In this document: piece after piece, positions 19,288 through 36,408 of the stretch
How the letters are laid out: each line of letters begins with the position of its first letter
Position numbering within the stretch: the first letter of the stretch is position 1
Position numbers and translations under genes: made by a program
Source of the DNA: Salpingoeca rosetta
Taxonomy: Eukaryota > Protista > Choanoflagellata
DNA length: 64,000 bases
Assembly (NCBI GenBank): GCA_033442325.1
Contig: JAWQFM010000002.1
Coordinates: 1,688,307 to 1,752,306, forward strand
Reading direction: 5' to 3'
The notes under the pieces: generated by a model
Database searches by the model: none
What the model saw: the letters and a program-made list of their open reading frames with translations, nothing else
Told to the model about the DNA's origin: nothing

Positions 19288-21698
19288 TGTTTACTCTTGT
19301 GTGCGTTGCGTGCGTGTATGTTGGAAGACGACAAGGTGCATGTGCTCACGCCAGCGCTCAATAGTATGCACCTGTGCCCAAATTTGATTTCCGGGGGCAG
19401 ATAGCTTGACCGCAACTCAACGTTGAGGCCCAGACTCTGTCACGCGTCCGTACGCGTGCGCGCGCGTGTGTGACGGGGGGTGATGTTGGTGGTGGTCAGC
19501 GCGTTAGGAGGGCATGTGCAGAGGTGGAACAGGGACACTGCTATTTGTAACAATGCGAGCACAGCGAAAGCTCCCAATCTGCCCAGCAGCGAACACGCAC
19601 ACACACTCTCACTCACTGACACACACACACACACTCACTCATGTACACACAGACGCTGGCGGGGCGTTGTGCCTCACCGCAATCTGGCCGCCCAAGATGA
19701 GGACAATCTCTGCATGGCGCCTGCGCAGCGCACCCGGCGTCATTCCAAACAGCGGCGACGACTCGTCAATCAGGTGCAGGAGCTCATTTGGTACCGCCAA
19801 GAACGGCGTATTGGAGTTGGAGCCCTAATCGTTGGCGTGGGCGGAGAATGAAGCTCACAGATGAGCGTGCATGTGACAGGACAACAAGCCTAAGGTGTAC
19901 ACACGCACAAACAAACAGACACACGCACAAACACAGACATGCACAAACGCATGCACAAACACAGACAGCCGCATAAACAAACAGACACACGCACAAACAC
20001 AGACATGCACAAACACAGACACACACACACACAAACAAACAGACACATGCGCAAACACAGACATGTACAAACACAGACAGCCGCATAAACAAACAGACAC
20101 ACGCACAAACACAGTCAGGCACACACATACAGACATGCACACACATGCACAAATAGATCCTTACGGAATCGACGACGAGGCGCTGTGTGTAGAAGGGAAT
20201 GTGCTCGCCCTCCTCTGTGATGTGGTCCATCACCAGGAGCAGCTTGACCTCGCAGTTGACCAGGGGCGCGCGTCGCTGCCTCATGTCCCCAATGCGAATC
20301 ATGAGGTATTGCTTCCCATCGCGCTTGGCCACGACAGCGTGTTTGCTGCACATGATTTTGGAACAAGGTGTCATATGTCAGTATCACAGTGTGACAACCG
20401 TGGTAGGTTGGTACGACGCAGTTGCATCCAGAGCGTCACGCAACTACAACGCTCATTTGTCGACAAACGCTCGACGCAGCCTCTTTCTACCTAAACACAC
20501 ACGCACGCACACACAGAGGCAGAAACACAGACATACACACACACACAGAGGCACGAACACAAACACAACAATTCCAACCACACACACATACACACATACA
20601 CCTGCATCGAAGGGTGTAGACGCGGTTATCTGGGCGGGTGAGGCGTGCGGTGATGAGACCAAGCAGCACGGCGTCCATGAGCTTGCCCATCACCACTTGC
20701 ACAAGCAGGAGGAAGATGCCAGCCTCGCACTCTCCGCGCACATGCTTGGACCCGTAGCCAATCGTGGTCTGTGTCTCAACGGAGAAGAGGAATGCGGTGG
20801 CAAAGTCGTCCACCTCGGCCAGGCACCGCGCGTCGGAGCGGAAGAGCAGGTACCAGAAGAGCCCGAACAGCAGAAACGAACACGTGTAGAAAAGGGAAAA
20901 CAGGCCAACCAGGGTGGCAGAGGGCAGGTTGACGAGGAAGTTGTACATGTCCTTGAAGTTGGCCAGCCACGCCTGCAGCCCAGAGACATGCTCGAACATG
21001 CGGGTCTGTCCGTGTTTGGTGATGAGCCCGCCGCGGCCGTGGGAGATTTGTGTCATGCGCATTGATCTGATGAGGTTGCGGCTGAGGCGGCCATGCTTTT
21101 GTGTGTGATTCCACGTGGCACCAGGTGACTGCGACTGCTGTGGCGACGCCGTGGCGCTGTGTTTTCCGAGGGCGTCGCTCGCCAGCCGCAATGTCGACAA
21201 GCGCGCAAGCGTACTGTCGTGGGGCTTGAACAGCTTGCGCGTGGGGCTGGGGTTGGATGACCGAACATATGTGGGCTTCCTGACCAGCGCCGAGCCTTGT
21301 CGCGGGGACGCCTTGTCCCAAGCAGAGGAGGGCGCTGACGAACGCCTTGGAGACGGAGTTTCCGTGTAGGTCTGCCTTGTTCGTCTTGGGTCAAACGACG
21401 AGCTGAACGAGATGTGGGATGATGGTGCGAGGTGCGTGTGGGTGTTGTTTGTGGCGGCGTTGCTATGGTTGTCGTCGTTGATGGTGTTGTTGTGGTGTTG
21501 ATGGTGGTGGTGGTGCGAGTGATCCATGTCGTATGGGTCGTCCTCACTGGCAGCTGTAGCAGCTATTCTTGGTGGACGAGGTCGGGCGGCAGCGCTGCCT
21601 TGGCCACTCCTACTTGCCAGTGACAGGGAGCTGGCTGCAGAGAGGAAGCTCGCCTTACGTTCGTTGTGGTACGCGATGCCGTGATTTGTGGTCTGCAT
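18128..21698 (-). CDS. Inward-rectifier potassium channel (Kir/KCNJ family), multi-exon
   Basis: Pore sequence AFLFSVETQTTIGYG flanked by M1/M2 helices. Cytoplasmic motifs SKHAVVA, TEEGEHIP, HLIDESSPL and RSSYLPPEIKFGHR. Long disordered N- and C-terminal tails. Confidence 0.93.
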
Positions 21699-22596
21699 GC
21701 TTACGTTCACTCCGATGGCCGTGAAGCGCACACATATATCGGCGATCACGTGCTCCCGCGCGCGCGTGTGTGTTCTATGTGTTGGGTCGTGTAAAGTGCG
21801 ACGGCGTGTGCCGCTGAGCGTGTCCCGTGGCGTGCGTGTCTGCTGTGCGGGGAGTTAACAACAATCTCTGGACAGGCCAAGCTGGCGCCAACCAGAGGTC
21901 AGTGCTGTTGTAGTTATCGAGAGGTCGATGGGTGAGGAATCGTCCCTTGCCCAAAGGGTGATGTTGTTGTTGATACTGCTGGTGCTGCTAATGACGCAGT
22001 TTTTGCAACTGTTGCAACTGCTGTTGATGGGCACGCGATGTGCCTACCTGATTGACCCCACCTTGGTCAGACAACCTTGCTGGCCACTCAGTCACTTATT
22101 CAACAAGGACGGAGGACTTCAGGAGCTGTAGCTAGGGAGTATGATGTGGTTTCGTGCAACGTTCCAACGTAAAAACCACTAATCCAGCGAGGGAGCAACA
22201 GGCTGCGCTGTAGAGCAGCTTGCTCGCTTCGCTTGCGTAGCACGGTGGCAACCGTTGTCTAGAGGCAAACACGGCTCTCAAGTGCAGCCGGTGAGCGGTG
22301 TGCTGTGCGGAAATGCCAGTCACGAAATCATGACGTTTGTGTATGCTGGTGTCGGTTGTCGACCATGGTCCTGTCATCGGCATTTGTCCGCGCCACAGTG
22401 TCAGCCCGCGCGAGGCAAGTCACACGTCACACGGCGGGTGGGGTGAGAGGTGAGGGCCTGAGGGCTGTACGCTTTGAGTTCCAGCCTAAATCAAACCCTA
22501 ATTTCAGGGTCGGCAACAAAGCAAGGGGAAAAAAAAAACGGCCAGCGCCACGTCCACAAACAACAACCAACAACCAAACCAAACCAAAAGCCAACC

Positions 22597-24668
22597 ATGC
22601 CCGCTGACCTTCCCATTGACAAGTCCCTCGGTGCGCTCGCTGGTGCTGCTGTGGTGGTGCTGCTGTGGTGGTGCTGTGCGTTGTGGGTAGTGAATGTTAA
22701 GGACTGACTGCAAGGCTGGTGTTGTGTTGCTGTTTCTGCTGCTTTGTTGCTGGCTTGTTTCCTTTCGCAGACGAGATTGTCGAGTTGGATAAGAAGGCCA
22801 CAGCAAAGCAACGCCAGGTTGGTGTGTGCGTTTGCATGTGTGCGTGTGCGCGCGTTTGCATGTGTGTGTGTGTGCGTGTGCGCGCGTTTGCATGTGTGTG
22901 TGTGTGCGTGCGTGTGTGTGTGTGTGCGTTTGCATGTGTGCGTGAGACCCAATCTTTGCTTGTCTTGCTTCTCCTGCTGCTTCTGCTGCTGTGTGTTTCT
23001 CGGCTGCAGTCGTTGCTCGCTCATCACACTGCTTCCCACCACCACCGCCACCGCCCTTTCCAGCAAGCTGCCAAGGCCAAGAAACAAAAGGAACAACAAC
23101 AGCAGCAGAAGAAGAAGCAAAAGCAGCAGGCCACACAGAAGAACAAGAAGAATGCAGCGGCAGCGAAGAAGAAGCAGCCAAAGCAGCAGCAACAGCAGGC
23201 ACAACAGCCAGCTGGAAAGGGAAAGAAGAAGCAAGCAGTACAGCAACGCCAGAGCCCGAAGAAGGCTTCACAACAGAAACAGGCCGTGAAGGCGCAACAG
23301 AAGCGGCAGCAACAGGCCACCCAACCTCGCAAGTCTCGTCGTCAAGCAAACGCCGCTGCCAAGCGTAACATTGTTGTAAGTTCCTGCATGGCACGACAAC
23401 CGAGCGTTTCTGCTTTTGCATGTTCCTTACACCCAACTAAGCTGACGCCCGCTCTCACACCCGCAATCTCTCACAATCTCACCCACAACCTCTCACACAC
23501 TCACCCACAATCTCTCACACCCATGTACACACACACTCATACTCACGCACTCACGCACACATATACTCACACACTCTCTCACTTGCACCCGCTCACTCGC
23601 AGGACGCAACAACTTCAAAGCCAAAGGCTTCCAAGGCATCGAAGAAGCAAGGGTATGGTTGAGGCTTGCGTGTTCTGGTGCAGTATCTGCTTGTTTCACC
23701 TTCCTTTACTCTGCTGTTTCGCCGATTGCGCTTTTGTGTCCCCTCCCACTGTCTCGTTCCCCTTCCTTTCCCTCCCCATCGTCGTGCGTTTGTCGTTCCT
23801 TCCTTCTACTATATGTTGTCCCGTTCGGCCTGGGCAGTTGAGGTTACAGCGCCCACGCTTTTCAGTGGTGCGGGTGCTGCCTTGACGCCGCCGCGTTACG
23901 GCGTGGCGGTTCGCGTCCCCAGTGGCCAAGATCACAATGGAGGCATTGTTGGAGACAGCCATGTGCGCTTGCGGGGCTGGCGCTCCTGGTTAACCTTCAG
24001 ACACTTGAAATAGTTTCTTTCTCCTGTGTGTGCGTGTACGTGTGTGTGGATGTGTGTGTGTGTGCTGTGATGTGACACCTTCGCGTGTGGATGTACCCCT
24101 TGTGTATCGTGCACCTCACCATTGCATTGTGTGCATTGTGTGCGTCGTCGTGTTGCACCGGTTTTGTGTCAATTCTGCAGAGCCAACCGCAAGCAGCAGA
24201 CGGCGGCCAAGGCAGCCAACATCTCCATCAAGATTGCCAACCCACGTGCAAGGTGCGGGTGCTTGCGCATATGCATCATGCGTCGTTGGCGTCATGGGAG
24301 CTGTGCTGGCATGCACAGCCTTGATCATGCACAAACTGCGCTGTTCTCGCTTCCGGATCACGTCACATACACACTCACACTCACACACTCACACACACAT
24401 ACACTCACTCACCCGCCCGCATGGTCTTTGAATGTTTGCAGACGGAACACGAGGAAGCAGCAGGCGGCCGCTGCTCCAAAGACGAAGAAGATGACAATGG
24501 CGCAAGCAAGACAAGCGGTTCGTTTGAGTGCTGTGTGTGTGTGTGTGATTGCGTTGTTGTGAAGGTCCCACCCAATCACCCCCAATGCTTGCTTTCTCAT
24601 TTCGACCATCTCCCCTCCCTCCCCCCCAAACATATCTGCAGGTGCGCACCATCATGAGCAACGCGTGA
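22597..24668 (+). CDS. Small, highly basic Lys/Gln/Ala-rich protein with an N-terminal UAP56-binding-like motif (ALYREF/FYTTD1-like); snoRNA host gene
   Basis: Spliced N-terminus MPADLPIDKSL|DEIVELDKK resembles the xDxSLDDII motif. Exons approx. 22597-22630, 22771-22817, 23064-23374, 23603-23651, 24181-24252, 24442-24517 and 24642-24668. Confidence 0.6.
23824..24006 (+). ncRNA. Intronic box H/ACA snoRNA, predicted guide for 18S rRNA pseudouridylation (SNORA8-like 3' pocket)
   Basis: Architecture is hairpin, H box AGATCA (23929-23934), hairpin, ACA (24001-24003). The 3' hairpin has stems TGGAGG/CCTTCA, GGAG/CTCC and CAGCC/GGCTG. Pocket strands GCATTGTT and TGGTTAA, with the upper stem 14 nt from the ACA box, complement SSU rRNA UUAACCA-U-A-AACGAUGC. 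Confidence 0.85.
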
Positions 24669-24757
24669 CACGAACACCCAACACGTTCTTATCACCATAC
24701 TTCCTTGTCCTCCCTGCTCTCGCTGTCCATATGACTGACTGCACCTGCTTGCAGTTG

Positions 24758-24790
<33 letters not shown>

Positions 24791-24994
24791 ACACTTTGTG
24801 CCCACACCTTCCATTGTTACTCTGCTCGTTACAAACATGGCTGGCACATGCTGGCATTCGTCGTATTTCAATAGAAACAACGCGTGAGACGCGACCAAAG
24901 GCAAAGGCAGCCACATTCACACACACACACACACACAACACACACACACACACACACACACATTCACACCCACAGGAAATGACCAAAGAAGAAG

Positions 24995-27141
<2,147 letters not shown>

Positions 27142-27225
27142 CGTGATGCCATGGCACGGTGGTTTGTGTTGTATGTGTGTGCTTGTGTGGTGGCGTGTGT
27201 ATGTATTGTGTTGTGTTGTGCGTGT

Positions 27226-27298
<73 letters not shown>

Positions 27299-27928
27299 GT
27301 GTCCCGGTGTGTGCGTAAGGTGTGCTGTGCTGCCATCTGAAGACTATGATGGCATTGTGGATGCGGCTTGGACAGCTATATTCTGATTTGATTTTGTACA
27401 CAAAGGAAGCAGTGGCAAAGCTCACGCGCACACGTGTATCGCATATGGGACGTCTGTGTGTGTGTGTGCTGTGTGTGTTGTGTGCTGAAGCTAATTGCCA
27501 TACCAGGCGAGGGTAACAGGTACTTGGCGGGGAGGACGTGACAAGCTAATAAACAAACGACGACAATTGTCAACACGTGTGTATGTACAGCAAGGAGGGC
27601 TGAGGGGTGGGGAGCGGGGCAGCAAGAAAACGCTTGCATATCATGGCTTGCCAGTCATTCTGCACAGGTCAACAGCAGCCGACCGAGGAGAGGGGATGCG
27701 GGAATGTGAGACGTGGAGGTGACTGCACGAGTTGGTGAATAAGAGTGGTTGTCACAAAACAAGGAATGGAGGAAGGCATGCAGGAAGGCAGAAGGACAAG
27801 GAGACGGACACAGACACAGACATACGCCCGCATACAGACACAGACACAGACACAGACGCAGACGCAGACGCAGCAGATGCACGCGTCCCCTTCTCCCTCC
27901 CTCACCCCACCCACGCCCTAGAACAAAG

Positions 27929-31139
<3,211 letters not shown>

Positions 31140-31276
31140 CCCGCCACTTTGCTTGTCCTCCTTCTCAGATTTGAAATTTCCGCCGGATCGAAAACTGTTG
31201 AAGACACCAGCAAATCGCAAACAACCGCAGCGAGACAGCCGACAAGACAGCAAGAAGCAACAACAGCAAGCAAGTC

Positions 31277-33158
31277 ATGGAGACGAAGGTTGCGCTTGGG
31301 GAAGAGGTGGCGGGGTACACACTGGTGGTGCCCAGTGTGAGCATTGGAAACACGGCACAGCTTGCTGTGGACTTGCTGACAGAGACGTTTGAGTACCAGG
31401 TGGAGACACAGGCCAGACACAACGCCGTCCTTCCGTTTGCGGGACCAAAGGACGAGGGTGCATCCAACGCCATCGTCACGGAAATGCAAGGTACACAATC
31501 CGTGGGCGGGTGTTCGGTCGACACAGCCAATCTCCAAGCACAGCCAATCGCATCGCGTTACAGTGGGCCCCACAGCCTTGTCATAGCTCCTCTCACTTTT
31601 GGTGCTTGCATGCTTCGTTTGTTTGTGGCTCGGTGCAGTTCATGTGTCGCACACGCACAAGTTGGTGGTGCTGCAGATTCGATCGGCGATTGCGCGCGTG
31701 AGTGTGTGCAAGGGGGAAGGCGAGGGTGAGAGGGAGGGGTTGTGTGCGTGTGTACGTGTGCGTGTGTATGTGTGCTCCCGTGTGGCACGTGTGTATGTGT
31801 GTGTGTGTGTCTGGAAGCACGAGCAGTGAGTGCAATTGTGCGTGTGGAGGGATACGTGTGTGCGTGTGTGTCTGTTGTGTGGGGTTTTGCTACCACGTTC
31901 TTGAACGGGGTTGATAATACGAAATGTTGAGCTGGAGGGGATGGCATGTTGGTGGCGGGATCTTGTGCGTCTCACCTTGGTTTCCACTTTTGTGTCTGCG
32001 GTGTAATAGCAACGAAGAGAAGAGTTTGTGCAAGATCTGTTCAAGTGGATTCAGAGCAAGTCATTCGGGCGCACGCTGCTCCTCACCAGCACGGATGCCA
32101 TGCACCGCATCGACAGCCAGCTTGAAGGGTACAGAAGAGCATCCTGTGTGTGGTGTATCGTGCCACGTTCGGTTGTGTGCTTTGATGTGGTGTTTGGTTG
32201 TTGGCTGATGCTTGGCTGAAACAGAGCCTTGTACACAAGAATGGAAGTGAGAGCGCGGCCTGTGATTGAAAAGGGTCGAAGCCAAGTGTAACGAAGGTAT
32301 GTTCTCACTTGAATGCCATTGGTAAAACAGGAGCCCGCTGCGTGCGCTGAGCACCACTGATGACTCGTCCACATATGCGCCATTGAAGACACTGGAGCTG
32401 CACACGGACAGCGCGCTTCCCAACAGCGTGTTCCTTCCCGGCGGCGGCTTTGCACGGCAGCTGTTCCTCAACGCCCTCGAGGTAACGCAACTGTGTATGT
32501 GTGTGTTGTGTATGTTGTGTGTATGTATGTTATGTGTATGTTGTGTGTGTGTGTATGTGTGTGTGTGTTAGAGTGCGGCAGTGTGGTTGTGTACATGTTT
32601 GTGTGTCTGGGTTGCATTATTGTGTAGGCGAATGCGAATCCCAGCTGCTGCGTGTGCTGTTGAATGCGTTGTTTCATCGCTGCCCCTTCCCCTCGCCAGG
32701 TCGATCTTCCCATGACGCTGGTGTCCATCTTCACGGGCCCCGGCGACAACACCATGCAGGCCCACATGCTCGGTGAGTTGCGTATTGTGGGGTCTCTTGC
32801 ATACTGCGCGCGCGCGCGCGTGTGTGTGTTTGCAGCATCTTGCCTTGCGCTGACATTGTGATATTCACAGCTCACCACCGATGATTCTCTCTGTGTGTGT
32901 GTGTTTGTGTATTTGTGGTATACAGCGGATGTAGCTGCGAAGGTGTTGAAGCTTCCCGTTCCAGAATCAGGTGCACATATGTGTGTGTGTGTATGTGTGT
33001 GTGTGTGTGTACACGCGTTCAACATCATTGTTGCCGACGCTCACCATGTACTAACACGTGGTTTTGTGTGTGAATGTGTGTTGGCTGGTGCAGGTTTGCG
33101 CGTGCCATCATCGTGGAAGCTTCTCTTCGGCCGCGGGTTCGGGCCAGGCCTCTTCTGA
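31277..33158 (+). CDS. PSMG2: Proteasome assembly chaperone 2 (PAC2), multi-exon
   Basis: Motifs GYTLVVPSVSIGNTAQLAVDLL, LQIRS, LLLTSTDAMHRIDSQL, FLPGGGFARQLF, GDNTMQA and VPSSWKLLFG. Confidence 0.92.
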
Positions 33159-33202
33159 CGATATCCTATGCCATGATACGTGTGTGTGTGTGTGCGTGTG
33201 TG

Positions 33203-33275
<73 letters not shown>

Positions 33276-33472
33276 ATGGTGCATCAGGAAGGCGGGGTCT
33301 GTTTAATTGCAGTTACTCATCAAAATGTTCGAGAGATTGCTTGCCTCTCAATACAACATCAATCGACACAAGCACACACAAGACGTACGCGTGCGAGCAA
33401 ATGTGTGTGTGTGTGTGTGCATGAAGAACCCACATGGCCCGACGCCACAAACACTGGTTGCATGCGCGTGCG

Positions 33473-34739
33473 TCAATCCCCATCATCATAAGCGGGCAAG
33501 TGTGATGTGTGTGCAGCAGCAGCAGCAGTTGCAGTTGCAGTTGCTGCGTGTGATGGCTGCGCTGTTCCTGTCGACACATCTTCATCTCGACCACCATGCT
33601 GGTGATGTGACACGAGTTGCTTCTCTCGCTCCTCCTCCTCAATGATCTCCAGCTCTTGCATCGGCGTGCGCATGTGCAGCTCCTTCTCCTGTGTGAGTGA
33701 GCGAGCGAGTGAGTGAGTGAGTGCATCATAAACGGGGGAAATAGAAACGGCCACTTAGGCACCATGAAACACGAGCGCAACCAATCAACCATCCATTCAT
33801 GGCGGGTGTGCGAGCACCTGCATAATGTCGAGGACACGCTGCAGCTGGCGCGGATTGTGTTTCGCCGCATCCAAGTACAGCTGCTTCACGCCAGGGCACG
33901 CCTGCGACGGCGATGGAAATGTGTGTTGATGATTTGCGTGTGGCAGTGATGTGTAGGACAGGGTAACATGCTGTACACTGGCTGCGGCAAAGCAACCGTC
34001 ACGTGTATGTGCGCAGAGTACATGTGCATGTGCATGTGTGTGCATGTGCATGTGTGTGTGTGTGTGTGCATGTGTGTGTGTCGAATGGGCGGACCTGCAG
34101 CGATTGGTAGAAGATGTCTTCGCTGAGTTTCAAACCGTCCAGTCCCGATTGCGCGCGGATAAACTCCATGTACATGCGCCAGATGAGCGCGCAGTGTTTT
34201 GCCTGCAAGCGCAATCAACAATCGCAAAGTTGTGCTTGAGCTCATGATGGCAGTTGGGGCATTCGCGGATGGCGAGAGCAAGCAAAGAAGCCAACTGCAA
34301 AATTGTGTGTGTGCATGTGCGTGTGCGTGTGCATGTGCGTGCTGCGTGCGTGCGTGTGTGCATGCATAACGTACCTGCGTCTTTGTTGCTTCGATGAGGA
34401 GCGACTTCACTCGATGGGCGGACGCGCTTTCGGTTGACGTAGTGGAGATGAATACACGATCGTGAGGGGTGCATGAATGCTCGGGGGAAAAGTCCAGCAG
34501 CAGAGAAATTCGGAGCATCACACAAACAATCAAGGAGCGAGCAACCCATGTACAAAGCACCAACACCTCTTCACTCTCCCCGCGCTAGACTGCGTACCCT
34601 GCTGGCTGAGCAATCTCGGTGATGATGGCGAGCAGCCAGACAACAGCCGGCGCCTCCCGCTGCGCGTGTGTCAATCGCTGGAAGAGCGCGCGAACGCGAC
34701 CAGACACGCGGAACCTGTGGTGGGTTGGGGGGGGGACGG

Positions 34740-34817
<78 letters not shown>

Positions 34818-36345
34818 CGTGTGTGTGTGTGTGTGGGCGTGTGTGTGTGTGTGTATGTGGGCGTGAGTTGTGCGTGGGTTGGCGAGCGTGAAGGGAAAGA
34901 GCTGGAACGCGAGGTCGATTGACCCGGAGCGTGCTGCATTACCACGTGCCGTCACCACCACCACCACCACCACCACCATTACCACCATCGTGAAATGCGA
35001 CACTCACTGGGCCTCGAGGGCGATATAAGCGGAGAGAAATTCCGGATTGTACGGGAATCGTTTGAGCGCTCGTTCGAGGAGGCGACGGAAGACAACTGGC
35101 GCTGTCCGCTCCTGGCGCGCGTGCACTTCAAGCAGTCTGCACAACGTGTGTGGAGGGAGAGTTGGGGGAGGTGGGGTGAGCAGAGGTAACGGCGAGGAAG
35201 AGAGGGTGCAATCAAGCAGGGGTCGTTGGTGTGCGCTTGTTGGAACGCATGGTAGCAGGATCAACTCAAGCCTCAACCACAGCGATGACAACCGAACAAC
35301 AACAGCACCACTACACAATGACGACACCAAAACACCGTCGCGGCCATCACCACCACCACCACCACCACCACATCCTAATCGTACTGATAGCATGCGGCGT
35401 AGAGAATCTCATGCGGGTATCGGAGGTGGTGGGGATGGCTCTCGTCATCAAAGACAGCCAGAACAGCGTCCATAGTGGCCGTGATCGCATCCGCATCTCG
35501 AAACAGCAGCGCAAAGTGCACACACAGCAGCGCGCGGTCAAACACAAACCGGTCCCCAGCTGGCGTGCGTGCGTGCGTGTGTGTGTGTGCGTGCGTGTGC
35601 GTGCGTGTGCGTGCGTGTGTGTGTGTGCGTGTGTGCGTGAGTGTAGAAAGGGTTTATGAGAAATGCAGCAAACAAGAGGACGCATGTGCCATGGGTCCAC
35701 ACGAAATGTGTTTGCGGACGGACAGAAACAGGCATCAGTGGAGCGTGCAGACCGGCTGTAAACGCACATTGCGATCTGGTCCAGAGCGATTTCGTGATGT
35801 CATCGCACGCATTTGCGGCGCGAGCCACGAGTGTCGGCGGCGGTGGTGATGATGATGATGACGATGACGATGATGATGACGATGCGAACGTCACCTTCGA
35901 CAGCGAATTCAGGAAATAGTGCACGACCAACTCCCGTGCCTCGCCCTGGTGAGCATGCACGTGTGCGTGTGTGTGCGTGTGTGTGTGTGTGTTAAGTGCA
36001 TGGAAGTGAGGGCGAGTGAGTTATGGTGTGTGTATTGTGAAAAGGTTATGTGAGTGTGTGCACGCGTGTCATTGTGTGAGCGTTGACATTGCATCGGCAC
36101 TTCGATTGGCGTGCCACCAGCGACGCACCAAATTGTTGTTGTTGAGGAGGTGTTCGCTGAAGAAGCGCACAAAGCGGTGGTCCACATCCGTCTTTCCTTC
36201 CTGCATTCCCCGCGTCACAAACTGCAGCGTGCTTCGGAACACCTGATTGTGGACGGGCGGAGGGTGTTGCATAAATACCCCAACAAATGACGGAAAAATG
36301 ATCATGTGCATGGCAGAGGTGAGGCAACTCGCCGTTCACAGGACC

Positions 36346-36408
<63 letters not shown>

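Noticed and set aside
22198-22220. SRP helix-8-like CAGG...AGCAG
   Set aside because: The spacing is wrong, there is no GNRA tetraloop, and no Alu domain is recognisable.
22494-24006. Telomerase RNA hypothesis (AAACCCTAA template plus a branched H/ACA domain)
   Set aside because: The template-like 9-mer is 1.3 kb and several exons away. No pseudoknot or P6.1 is evident, and the 3' hairpin has a canonical rRNA guide pocket.
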